A stretch of DNA of 60,025 bases, the filler included, from Bipalium vagum (Eukaryota): assembly GCA_037834085.1 (NCBI GenBank). It is 3 parts of 3 records of this genome, joined end to end, with 100 filler letters (N's around TTAATTAATTAA, not from the genome) between each part and the next. Parts side by side here need not be neighbours in the genome. Positions count along the whole stretch, not along the records: positions 1 to 19,231 come from JBBMKC010006857.1; 2 more parts are not named here. One strand, given 5' to 3'. Below the pieces are notes generated by a model. It saw only the letters and a program-made list of their open reading frames with translations, did no database searches and was not told the origin of the DNA. Shown here in pieces: positions 1 to 11,200 of this stretch. The position numbers and the translations under genes were made by a program. Position 1 is the first letter of the stretch. Every line of letters begins with the position of its first letter.

Positions 1-29
1 AATAATTGTTATATTAAAATAGATAATTT

Positions 30-520
30 CGAAATGAGTCTTGATAACTTATCTACCGATATAAATGTAACTAACATAGCGTTTGAAAAAATTTCTGGTA
101 TGTTTCGGATCATTATCATGCATAAAAACTTATGGATTCGAAAATAATCTTTAGTGGGAAGGCAGTACGTATAGTTCCAAAATGTATCTATAAATTTCTT
201 TCGTAATTATTCCTTCAATTCTGTGTATAAACCACACATTTTCTGCAGTAAAGCATCCCCAAACAGTGACAGATCCACCTCCATGTTTTATAGTTGATAC
301 CAAACATTTGTCTGAATATCTTTCTCTCCAATATCTTCGAACCAAAACACGTTTTTTTGAACCAAGATGTTTGAATTTGGAATCATCGGTCCATAGCACA
401 TTTTTCCATTATTCGATTGACCATTGTTCATGTATTATAACCAGTTTAGTCTTTTTATCTTGTTACTGATCTTAATAACGGTTTACAAGCAGCTTCACGT
501 CTATGAGAAGGCTAATCAGA
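30..520 (-). mobile_element. Tc1-like transposase relic
   Basis: ORF 151-399 reads WTDDSKF...KHGGGSVTVWGCF, matching the Tc1 motifs (WSDESKF, KHGGGSVMVWGCF); flanked by stops and frameshifts. Confidence 0.85.
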
Positions 521-626
521 CCTTGGAAATTTTTTAATTATTTATTTTAAATATTTTAATTATTTAAAAATATTTAAAAAAAAGTATGAATGAAATTTTA
601 AAAATAAACCAAAAAGTTCTGTAAGG

Positions 627-1858
627 GTGACGATGTTAAAAAGTTCATCAAGCAGGTACTTCACGGTGAAAGAGAAACCAGTGCAAAAAAGGGAAACATT
701 GATCTATTGTCTCTTAGACTTAGATTTTATAGAGAAATATGAAAGCACGGCCGGAAAAGTTAGTGGATTCGAAGGAAGAATACGATTGGCATTTTCCAAA
801 CCAAAAGATATGATGGATGATTTGGAAAAGTTAATCAACTATTGTAGAGGAGCCGATGGTGTAAAAAATTTTCTGAAGAACGTCCATAAGTTGGTGGAAG
901 ATGTCTTGTCTCATGAAATGACAAAGGAAAGCCTTTTAAAAAAAAGCACTAATTAGATGTACAAACGATCCAGAAATTGAGAAGGAGATCGAACTGAGAA
1001 ATTTAGGAAGTGTTGAAGAAATTGAATATATAAATAAATTAATGGATAGAATCCGACAGAAACAGTCGTCTGATCATGTCAATACTATCAGGACCTACAG
1101 AGACATAGCGAGAGACAGTAGATATCAAAACGTACGTATTGAGACAGGACGGAGACCTGTTACTTTTGAGACCTGTTGTTGAGCAAGTCAGACGAGAATC
1201 ACGTGTTACTAGATCTTTTGCAAGAATGGAAAACGATGGCCCAAGAAGAAGACAAATAGAATGTTGGACGTGTAAAAAAGTCGGATATATAAGCCAAGAC
1301 TGTCCAGAGAAGAGAATTCCTACATGTTTTGAATATGGAAAAGCAGGACGCATACGTCGGAATTGTACAGTTTACAAATGTCAAAGGTGTGGAAGAAATG
1401 GTCACCAAGCCTCGGAGTACTACACAAATCTAAATAAAGGTCAGAGAAGAAACAGGATTTTTTTACGAACGTAATCAGGAGATGAATGGAAGTAAAAGAA
1501 TTTATGTGGTTTTTTGAAATATTGATGTGATATCGGAAGGAGTTTGCATGAGAGAAAAATGTGAGAATGCATCAGTGTACCCAAAAGACAAGGCTCTACT
1601 AGTGGGGAGCTAGTGGGAGCCATATACTAGAAATCGAAAATGATTATTCCCAAAGGATTGAGACTGAGAAAGGAGTGACGCGAACTGCAGAAAAGTGTAC
1701 AGATTTTTAAAGAAGCAGTTTGAGATAGAAGATTGTAATCAAGTGAATGCGATTGCAGAAAGTGAAGAGACAGTTATTTTGTATGACTGAATGCATGGGC
1801 GTTCAAGTGTGAGAATTAAATTGCAAGATTTGGAATTGGATATTCTATCGGGACTTGT
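627..1858 (+). mobile_element. Ty3/gypsy-type LTR retrotransposon gag relic with three zinc knuckles
   Basis: Broken ORFs 627-956 and 1139-1474. CWTCKKVGYISQDC, CFEYGKAGRIRRNC and CQRCGRNGHQASEY are degenerate CX2CX4HX4C knuckles. Ends in GRSSVRIKLQDLELDIL, resembling the start of a retropepsin. Confidence 0.75.
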
Positions 1859-2269
1859 GAATAAACAAGAATTCTTTCTCTTTCAGCAATGCCTGATTCA
1901 TTTTTTCGACCCATTTTTTGCACTTCTTGGTCACGAAAAAACATTTAAAAATATTTTTTAACATAATAACATTTTATTAATTATAACTAAAGGAAAGAAT
2001 ATTCACAATAATATGTTATTAAAGAAAAAGTAATTTAAACTTACTGCGATCTTCTGATTGAATAAGCAAGTGTAAATATTTGACTTAAACAAATAAAATA
2101 ATTTCATTATAATCGGTCAGGTGTCCATTTCCTGATTAAAATAAGATGAAATGGTGTGATATATATCTGATATTTAAGAATCATAAATTAAAACATAAAA
2201 ACACTAATTAATGTCAAGAAAATAATAAATAATTTAAATATATTTACATCTGCAATGCATAAATGTATA

Positions 2270-3015
2270 CCATAACTCAAATTTTATGTCGATAGTGTAT
2301 GCATACTTTTTCCGTGGTATTTTTAAAGGACAAGAACTATTTTTACACTGTTTTTCTTGTTGTAGGCAACTGAAATAAACATTTGAAAGGCATAATCGGA
2401 AAAAGAAAGAAAAACATGATTTTTAAAAAAGAACGTTAAATTTAACCTGTAAGGGCCATGAGAGTATACCTTAAGGGTATCAAAAAACAAATCGTGGAAA
2501 GGAATTTAAATTGTTAAATCTGATCTTAGCACAATCACACGTTTAACCTAGGTTGAAAAGAAACCAATAGGAGAAAGCAAAAAATTGTCACCTAGCAACC
2601 AAACACGACGCTCACTATCATTCGTCCAAAATAATAAATAAATCAATTTATTTGAAAGGTAAAGGTCTGTGTTTCTTCAACGATCAAGGAACTCAGTTGG
2701 AAGATTTTTGCTCATCTTCCATACAGTCTGGACCTGGATGCATCAGATTTCCATCTTTTTCTTTCGCCTCCTACCCAAATGAGCGACTTAACATTTAACA
2801 ATGATGAGGATCAGAAAAATTGGCTTGAGAATTATCTTGATTGCAGAGCAGCCCTCTTTTGACAAAACGATGGAAAAAGTTTGTAAGTAATGGTGGACAA
2901 TAAGTAACTGGTTGATCTATCTGCTTATCATGAAATAAATGTCTTTATTTTTTCTTAAATATTATTGAATAATAAATGATTAAAGAAAACAAACAAATTT
3001 ATGCTTCAAACTAAT
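2270..3015 (+). mobile_element. mariner transposase relic
   Basis: ELSWKIFAHLPYSLDLDASDFHLF near 2690-2760 (cf. YSPDLAPSDFHLF); degenerate right TIR ending ...atgcttcaaactaata. Confidence 0.75.
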
Positions 3016-3892
3016 ATTTTCTCCAAAAGACGAAATATCACTGAGTTGCCATGTCAAGAGTTAAGTACAGATTTCATTTAGAGAAGATTATATAACGTTT
3101 AGTCCTTTGCATAAAAGGTTAACACAAGTCGGTCACCGATTTTAATTCCTATTTCATAAGTGCAAAAAGGTACACAAAGAACCGTTAACAAATCCTTATA
3201 TTTATATCTCCTTGGAGGATAGTCAGGAATATAACATTAGAGAGTCAGATGACCAACTTCTCACCTTAATAATCCTTTTTTTCGTTTACGAATTAATGAA
3301 CTAATTTCACGTAGAAGTCAGAATTTCTATTGTTACACAGAAGAGAATAACTTATATATGAAAACAATACTTAGGACCCTGGTACCATACTGAACAATAA
3401 TAAAATGAAGATTTAATTGACAAATTCTTTATTCCTACCTAAACTTTTAACAGAGTCAAAAGTTGTATAATCTGAACATTGACCCTCCTTTAACATTATC
3501 CATACTTTACGTTACAGAATGTCAGGTCTTATGTCAATGTCAAATACGTGTTTGTTATGTATGGAGGGTGAATCCTAAAACGTATCAATTTTAACATATT
3601 GGATTAGTACGAAAGTAATTACCGCTTTTACACAAGGACATTTGACTTCAATTTAACCGTATTTAAATTAAAATATTCACTGTTTAAATATTATTAAAAA
3701 ATAATCGATGGATTCAAATTTCAATGAGTAAGTAAATTAAATTTATTATTTTGTTTCGTTTTTATTTGTCAGCTTTTGCATGGACGAACACAGATTTTAT
3801 GGATATTGTACTTTTATATTATCGGTTAAAACACTTCTTTGACCACTAGACAAAAAATATTGAACCTTAGAGGGTACGTATGACCACATATA

Positions 3893-4125
3893 TTATATAG
3901 CCAGATTTCACCCGGTCCGGTTTCCACTTATTTCGGTCGAGGAAAAACTTTTTAAATGGTAAAACTTTTACTAAAGAGGATGACCTCAAATCCAAACTGA
4001 TAAAGTTTTACGAATAAGAATTTTTTATGCTTCCTGGAAGATGGCAACAGGTTCTTGATAGTAATGGAAAATTTATAATTAATTTAAAATTTATAGTTTT
4101 ATCTCTTTGTTTTTTGCCAACCAAA
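3893..4125 (+). mobile_element. mariner C-terminal fragment
   Basis: FHLFRSRKNFLNGKTFTKEDDLK...LPGRWQQVLDSNGKFII. Confidence 0.75.
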
Positions 4126-4969
4126 AAGTATAAATTATTGAGTTACAGGAAAATATATGTTAAGGAAAGACACTTCCTTTGATACCATTAAAGGGGTATC
4201 ATCATTGTAAGGGTTAAATTTTAATTAATATTAAAAAATAAATAATAAATCATAAATATTTTTAAAGTAATATATTAAAATGTAATCATTAATGTAAAAT
4301 AAGTTTTTTAAAAATAATTTTAATAAATTTAAATCTTTTTTAAAAAAAATTAAATAATTAAAATTATTTTAATAAAAGTTTTAGATAATTAAGTTGTTTA
4401 AGTAAAGGATAAAAAGAGGACACTTATTAAAACTACACAATTATTTTCTTCAAATAAAAATGTTAAAAAATCTTGAGTTTTTGATTTCTGAAACTGTGGA
4501 TAACGTCGCAGTAACTAACAATCATAATTAATGTGTAAGAATACTGTCAATACCTAGTTCAATTATGTCCGATCTTAGGCCTTAATTCGTATTTTGATGT
4601 TCAGCAAAGGATGAAGATTGTACTATACTGAAGTAAGACTATACTTTTAAGTAGACTGTTCTAGGTGTATACTGACTTTTATGAAAATTTGACTTTGGAA
4701 ATACTTTCAAGTGTGACAGGGATGTTGGAGCAGACTGATCTGTTGAAAAGGTCAAAGCAGCATGATAGAGATAAAGTGAAAAAGAAGAAATTAATTATGA
4801 ATTAAAATGGCATAGAAGAATGAAGATCGTGTTGCTGTCGACCAAAGGACTCTCATCGCACTACATCCTGAAAACCTCCACCAAAAGTCAATAAGTAAAG
4901 GAAAATGAAAATTTTAGGAACAAAATTGTTTAATTAATGCTTAATCAATATTTTCCATTAATAATTTCT

Positions 4970-5209
4970 TTAATTTATAAATATTTTCATCATTAGACAC
5001 ATCAGTGAGGACAGAAGAGGAAAACGCAGAGCGTGTCCAACTGAGAGACCTGGATTGATGTTTGTTGTGATGAAGTCAAGGTGATGATAGACACTTGTGA
5101 AAATGCTTCGATCCGTGTTCTTAAGGCATCCTGATCCTCGGACAGTGATTCCAACGAAGACCCACCTCATTTGTTGGTCGGCACACATTAATGGACCTCC
5201 AGAGTCTCC
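4970..5209 (-). CDS. Serine protease last exon (catalytic Ser, C-terminal hydrophobic tail)
   Basis: tttag|GGA GAC TCT GGA GGT CCA = GDSGGPLMC...WVFVGITVRGSGC...IFTSVYHHLDFI...FPLLSSLMCLMMKIFIN*. Confidence 0.92.
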   Translation of the reverse strand, partial: GDSGGPLMCADQQMRWVFVGITVRGSGCLKNTDRSIFTSVYHHLDFITTNINPGLSVGHALRFPLLSSLMCLMMKIFIN

Positions 5210-8200
5210 CTAAATGAAATTTGTTAAAGATTTAAAATAATTAATATTACTGAAAAGAAATAATAAGGTTAATAATAATAATAATGATATATTACAATTA
5301 ATGTATGTATAACAATTCACATTATTAAAATTATATTAGGTTGGTGTGAAAGCAATGACCGTTTTTTAATATATTTGTTTAAATTGTTTTTGTATATTTA
5401 TTTTTATAATAAATTTTCTATTGCTATAATTTTAAATAGCGTTTCATGTTTAATAATCAAGTAGTAAGTTGTTTGAATGCATCAATTTTAATTTAATTGT
5501 TAGCCATATTTGAAATGCTTTCTCATCGAAATATTCTGGTTGCACAAATTCAAATTTATTTGTAATATTGCGAAAGCGACAATAAATGTAATCCAGGAAT
5601 GGGGTCAAGCAGTTTCTGAATGAAAAGGGTTGTGGACAAACGTCAGTAGTTGATTATGCCGATCAGATAAAAAATCTGATTAGTAAAAAAATTAAAAGCG
5701 AAAAGTTATATTTTTCCAATATATACAAGATAAATTGTTAATATTAATCGTTTATAATAACCATTGGCTCCAAATGCATCAATAAAAAGGTTAACTATTA
5801 GAGATTTGATGCCACAGAGATAAGTTATTTATTTCTGCTTGACATAACAAAATTCTGCGTTAAGATTCATCCAAGTAATTACAAATTATTATTCAAGGTG
5901 TGAAACAATCCTAGATCATCAATGCTTAACTCAGGAGATTGGTGCGGACTCTGAATAAAATAATTTTATTTTTGCACGTTGCTCTTACAAACATATGGAC
6001 GACCATTATCCATTTGGATGAAAATGTTTTGAAACCAGATTGCAGACATAGTCTCATTATGTATAAATCGGTAGGAGTCAAATGTGATTGTTCTAACAAA
6101 TAGTCTTCGGCAAAACGTCTTGTTACCTTTCATAATTGTCAATATAAAGTCTCCAGAACCCTGGCTCTATCAAATAAGTCATGTTCGATAAACTTTACCA
6201 TTAATTTTCTAGCATAATTTTTATTTACATTGAAAGTTTGGCATAATTCTTCAATGATACTCTACTCAGGTTCCATCTTTCATAATGGAAAAAAAGTAAC
6301 AATTATTTGTCTTCTGAAAGATATTCCATTTCAAAATTCAAGTTTTCCAAATTAAAACAAATGTCAATTAGAAATAAAACGATTTATCTAAGTAAAAATT
6401 AAATTTCCTTAACCACTTTTTATGGGATGGTGGAGTACGTTCAATACTTAATATATTTACTAATATTATTTATGGTTGCCACGGTTATCACGTTTGTTTT
6501 TATTCAGTAATTAAGAGCACTCTAATGTTAATATTCATGTCATATGAAAAGCCAACCCTGCAAACATTTCCCGATATGGGGGAAGCACAGATCTCTTTAG
6601 ACAGTTTGGGGACGCAGTCGGTCTTGTCAGTCTTGGGCATTATCTTCACAATGGCGTGCTTGAGAACCAGGTTGACAAGGGCTGAAAGAATTATGGGAAA
6701 GTGATTCATGAAGGCACAATAACATCAATCAAAAAATAATAAATTGAATATAATTCGAATAATTAATTAAAATAATATTTATGAAAACAATAATAATTAT
6801 GATTAAAAATATTATTATTATATTATTATTATTTTTATCATTAATAATATTATTATTATTATTTTCATTAATATCAATATTATTTTTATTATTATCAATT
6901 TTATTNNNNNNNNNNNNNNNNNNNNNNNNNNNNNNNNNNNNNNNNNNNNNNNNNNNNNNNNNNNNNNNNNNNNNNNNNNNNNNNNNNNNNNNNNNNNNNN
7001 NNNNNNNNNNNNNNNNNNNNNNNNNNNNNNNNNNAGTTTCGGTGGTCGGTTTGGGTAAATTAAGATGGTTTCGTTGACTTTTCATTCCGAGATTTCGGTC
7101 CGTTATCCGCAGCTTCAGCGTGCGGCTCTCCGTAACATCCGACTTCGGTCGACGTGGTCAGGCCTTAGATCAGGTCTTGGTTGACCAAGCATGAGAATTA
7201 TTTTGTGAGAATATTTCAGGATTGTCACCGTATGATTGTTGTACTTTCCCTTCAGGCTTCACTTGCCCTCATGAGATGTACTTTAGAATTAGGTCGGTCG
7301 GGTGTTCGTTCAGATGTAATAAGAAATCGGACTGTAAGTGCTATCAACATATTAATTATTATTAATTATAATTAGTTGAAATATTAATATTATTATATTA
7401 ATTATTATATTAATATTATTATATTATTATATTATTATATTAATATTATTAATAATTATTATGTCAGATAAAATACTGGTGACTAGGATACTGTGCCCTT
7501 CTCCTTGAATGTTTTTAATTTAGTATTTGGACACGTATCAGAAGGTCTATATCATCATGCATCAAAATGGTAATTGTGGACGAGGAAGGAAAGACAGAAA
7601 CCTTTTAAAATGTTAAAAGGAGAAAGTACAGCTCGGTGTTTCATTTCGCTGTCTTCCCATGAGGTCGAGAACAACCCAAGAAATATAGCGGACGAAAAGT
7701 ACAACAGAACAGTGACATCATTTTGAATCTTCTTTATTTCAATAAAATAAAACGAAACATAAAACGGTACATTTACGCTTTAATTGACTGTATTCTTACG
7801 ATTTTCAAGGGAGGCAGCTGTCCCCCATCCCATGGAGTAGCAAATAGTTCCGGTTTGCCCGTCGGACTTGGTCGGTAAGCAGGCCGGGAGAATGTATTCA
7901 GTGAAATTGACAGGCTGGCTCAGGTGCATCATGGCGAAGTCGCTGTTGTCGAGTTTGTAGTCTGAAATGTCATATAAGATAGGGTCAAGAGTTATAAACA
8001 ATCGGCCTTCTCCTTTGGCCAACTCGGCGGTCAGAGGTCAACAAAAAACCTTTTTAAGTACTTACTTTGATGAATAAAGTTGAGGGGAAAGGGAAATAAG
8101 GAAATCTATTTTTTGACTAAAGTCCGGATGAACCCTTCATTTTTAATAATAAATATGACCAAAAACAGATGTGGTAACCACAGGTCGTTACTAGGACCAA

Positions 8201-11200
8201 CATTACCACCAATATTTATCGATTACTTGAAAACAAAGATCGACAAAAGTCATGGGAATGAAACTCTGGCCTACAAAAGTATGTTGACAAGACCTTCTTA
8301 ATAGATGAAGAATGAAGAAGACGTCAATACCCTTTCATGAACAATAGACACGAAAATATAAAATTGATAATGAAAAAGGAAAAGAAAGACAACTGCAATT
8401 CCTCAATGTCATTATTAAAACAGAGAAAGGGATTAATGAATTTAAACTGATCAATAAATACAACAGGAACGCACAAAGGACGGAGTACGGTCATTAATTT
8501 TTGACTATAAGCAGAGGGACTTGGAGCTGGATATTTTGGCAGGAAAATTAATGAAATATGTTTGCAGCAGAGGAAGGGGACTCTATTCAGAAAGATATAA
8601 AATAACCATTCAAAAAAGAAAGAACAATTAAAGGAAAGAAGAAAGGTATGATACTACCATTTACAGGGTTCAAGAATGTAAGAGAAAAATCCATTGAACA
8701 GGAAAATATCAAAGTAATTTCAGGAACAGCAAAATGAAAGAATCATTTAAAAATGAAAACACCGTCCCCTGCTCCTTTGTGGTGCGTACATACTATTCTG
8801 TACATAGAGGAGACACAGGGTCACCACTGAACATGTAAAAGTGAACATTCGCAATTAAGCAGGACTATTAAAATTTTTAGTCATTCTTTGACCTGCTCCA
8901 TAAACTGAAGGAAAGTGAATGACATTTTAGTGGAACAATAAAAAAATGTGATAATGATGAGGAATAAAAGGTTTTCAATCATTATCGATTTAAAAAACTA
9001 GAATATTGAAGAAAAGAATGATGATAAAAGATTTGGATATGCCTCCACCAATTCGCAAAACCTGCGTTACCAAGATCATTCTCATTATTAGTGAGCATTT
9101 GGAAATTTTGGAAAATAAATTGAAGAATATTTTCTCTCAATCAGCACTGAAGAATTTGATTGGATTCGTAGTCCCGTCCTAGATATATCGGTCATTAATC
9201 TTTTCAATTTAGAATCATGTGAAGAGGAAGAACTAGCAAGTCTTCCTAGTGATCGGGGACTCAAATCAAAGTGCGCTCAACTGCCATTACACACATCTTG
9301 GATTTTTTTTATGGAAGAGTATCCAAATCTTATTAAAAAGACAATCAAAGTCTTACTGCAATTCTCAACTTTGTTACTAAGCAAACTGGGAGTTTTTGCC
9401 TGAACAACATTAAAAATAAAAACCGTGAAAGCCTTATAACGGTTGAAAAAGAGTTAAAAGTACGCCTTTCTCACATTTACCCACAAATTGCAACATTGGT
9501 AAAGAAGCACCAGGCACAACCATCCCTATGATATTCACCATTATTATTCTATACCCGGTACTGTGTTTATGACATAAATGTTATGTGAATAAAATTATGC
9601 TTATATGATCTTCTTTGTTTTATATTATTTCACTGGGAAAAGTCTTTATGAATTGAAAATTTTTATTTTTTGTGATTATTGTGCCGCAAAATTCTTTAGA
9701 GTTCAGTAGTGTTCCGCGATGTCAAAAAAAGGTTGAGAACCACTTGATTAAAGAAAGACCTCTGGACATTAATGGAAACAGGGAAATCATGAAAGGGATA
9801 TGTAAGAATCACTTAAGTGATAAAGTATTCTCAGATTAAATAAAAATAATTTTAACGAATGAAAATTTATTAAAATAATTTAAATCAAAAAATCAGATTA
9901 ATTCAGCTAATTAAAATAATAAATATCACTGATTGGTGGAGGGCTGTTAAAAAGTTTCAAAAATGTTTCTACAGATACTGTGGTCAACATTAAGATAGGG
10001 TGTTCGATAGGTCACTCCACAATTTTATTCATCTTCCCCGACAATACAGAGCGTCTCATTATAAACAAATCATTACTTTAGGTGTTACTTTTATACATGT
10101 ACTTGTTCAGCAAATCTGTTAGGTGAGCTGATACGAACCACTTGACTGATTGGTATCCTGTAAATGGGTATTGAAATACCTAGCTTCATATTCTTATTGA
10201 CCCACACTTTGTCTTTTATTTAAACTGTGTGTGTTGGGAAAGTTTTGATGATATAAGACCTTAATCAAATTTGAGATAAGTACAATATGAGCTTCAACAA
10301 AGCAGTTGGAAGATGAAGAGTGTTTTGTGGACTTCTCATCCATAATTCTCACTTTTACATGTCGGTGAAAGATTATTTTGTGGACTTCTCATCCATAATT
10401 CTCACTTTTACATGTCGGTGAAAGATTTGAGAAACACTCTGAACCGGGTCTCAAAATTTGGCTGGATGCGTTCAATAGAGACCCGGAAACAACCGCCTGC
10501 GATTACCAATTCTTAAAATTCATGGTTACAAGGAGTTGATGGTGAGATTATATCACCATGGATGCTACCTATATTTTAAATCGGGAAGATACCCAATAAT
10601 AGGGCTTCAACCCTACTGATGATAGATGAAATAATTCTAAAGATTTCTGATGATGAGGCATCTTAACTCTTACTGTTGTAGATTCCAAGTGGTTGATCAC
10701 CACAGTTTGAATAATATATTGCTTACCTTGACAGTTTCCACCAAGTAGTCTGGACCAGAGGAATCGAATTTTAAAAATATAAGAAAAACAAAACAAAAGC
10801 ATGGAAAAGAACATTTAAAAAACAAAGATATCAAAGAAAATTTTACGATGGAAAAAAAACTTTGGTGAATTTATTGATATCATTAAAAATCAATAATAAA
10901 ATCATTAAATTATTTAATAATTCAGAATGTCGACAGTTGAAGAAAGAATTCCTATTGCGAAACATTAGATTGAGGAGTAACGGTCAAATTTGGTCAAATT
11001 TCACAAAAAAAGATTTGGTGAGACGAAGAACATTCTGATTCTGATTGAGTGAATCATCGCGCCATTTTAAACAAACGCGTAGTTCTGTTTTAGATATTGA
11101 GAACAAAGAGTAAAAGATTGCAAGTTTTGTCTTTCTCACATTTTCAAAAGGTTAAAATTGTGAAATGACTTCTCGAACCCTCTCTTTAATAAATGTGCTA

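Noticed and set aside
6729-7085. Asn-rich and Ile/Leu-rich ORFs on both strands
   Set aside because: Produced by AAT/ATT low-complexity sequence and read through an N gap.
7090-7180. Possible hammerhead ribozyme (minus ctga...gaaa)
   Set aside because: The CUGANGA core is not intact and I could not draw three stems.
10323-10427. Direct repeat as a CRISPR-like array
   Set aside because: Two adjacent copies, no spacers, no cas genes, eukaryotic context.
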